From: an uncultured Planctomycetota bacterium
Lineage (GTDB): Bacteria > Planctomycetota > Planctomycetia > Isosphaerales > Isosphaeraceae
Assembly (NCBI GenBank): GCA_963845755.1
Contig: CAWJTV010000037.1
Span: 1 to 64,000 of the forward strand
Direction: 5' to 3'
DNA: 64,000 nucleotides
In this document: positions 63,443 to 64,000 of the stretch, piece after piece
Numbering within the stretch: the stretch's first letter is position 1
Layout: the number at the start of each line of letters is the position of its first letter
Made by a program: the position numbers and the translations under genes
Notes under the pieces: generated by a model
What the model was told of the DNA's origin: nothing
The model's database searches: none
What the model saw: only the letters and a program-made list of their open reading frames with translations

Positions 63443-63509
63443 GCGACTCTCCGTTCAAGGACCGCCCTGGTGGATTTGTTCGGCCTTCACGCTGCCAAGC
63501 TCTCAATCA

Positions 63510-63959
63510 TTATTTAAAACGGGCCAGGCCGTAACCGTCATCATCAGCCGAGCGGGCTTCCAGTTCTTTAACTTCCTCCAGCCGCTCGGGGGTGACCAGC
63601 CCGGCAAAGTCCTCCGGTTCAAACAACGGACGAATTTCGATTTCGAAGTCTTCAGTCATCGGGTTCGGGCATTTCTTCACCCAGTCAATCGCTTCTTGTA
63701 GTGAAGTGACCTTCCAGACCGAGAACCCGGCGATGAGTTCCTTCGTCTCAGGGAATGGCCCGTCGGTGACGGTGCAATTTGAGCCGGAGAACCGAACACG
63801 GGCGCCGCGAGAGCTTGGCGTCAGTCCCGTACCATCGAGCAGGATTCCCGCATTGATCAATTCTTCGTTGAACTTTTCCATGGCCGAGAACATTTCGGCG
63901 GACGGCATCTCGCCCGCTTCTGACGACGCTGACGCTTTGCCAATCACCAGGACTTTCAT
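63510..63959 (-). CDS. YciI / DGPF-domain protein
   Basis: FNEELINAG, GLTPSSRGARV, VTDGPFPETKELIAG, EIRPLFE. Confidence 0.93.
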   Translation of the reverse strand: MKVLVIGKASASSEAGEMPSAEMFSAMEKFNEELINAGILLDGTGLTPSSRGARVRFSGSNCTVTDGPFPETKELIAGFSVWKVTSLQEAIDWVKKCPNPMTEDFEIEIRPLFEPEDFAGLVTPERLEEVKELEARSADDDGYGLARFK

Positions 63960-64000
63960 GTCGGAACTCCTGAACTTGGTGGATGGGAATGCGATCGAAG

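Overview
GC-rich chromosomal window that looks planctomycete (Isosphaeraceae-like): paired PSD1/cytochrome-c and DUF1501 genes, LEPRxLL and Zn-ribbon membrane proteins. Many genes, including housekeeping ones, are split by 1-nt indels, most simply explained as long-read consensus errors. Layout: (1) 1-10638, the right part of an integrated element ending in a duplicated 3' half of tRNA-Cys. It carries a ComF-like PRTase/TerS-like/TerL operon with no portal or capsid gene visible, an HNH nuclease, a NERD-like/SEC-C nuclease, a low-GC TM+GAF-like gene and two paralogous hypothetical genes. (2) 10.7-13.7 kb, decayed genes, including an LRR gene split by an ISAs1 with perfect 17-bp IRs and a 10-bp target duplication. 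(3) 13.8-58.5 kb, mostly ordinary metabolic and core genes: Pit/DUF47, M16 protease, keto-acid decarboxylase, DRB0094-type RNA ligase, tRNA-Arg(UCG), rimO-pgsA-uppP-addB-addA. (4) 58.5-64 kb, an accessory zone with an AT-rich tract, an IS3 remnant and three co-oriented ~40-bp sites (GGCGAC-NN-GAC-N7-GAA-YYYTT) resembling tRNA-Pro 3'-end/att hybrids and delimiting gene-sized units. That cassette-like array is my best candidate for an undescribed system. All calls come from reading motifs by eye; no database searches were run.
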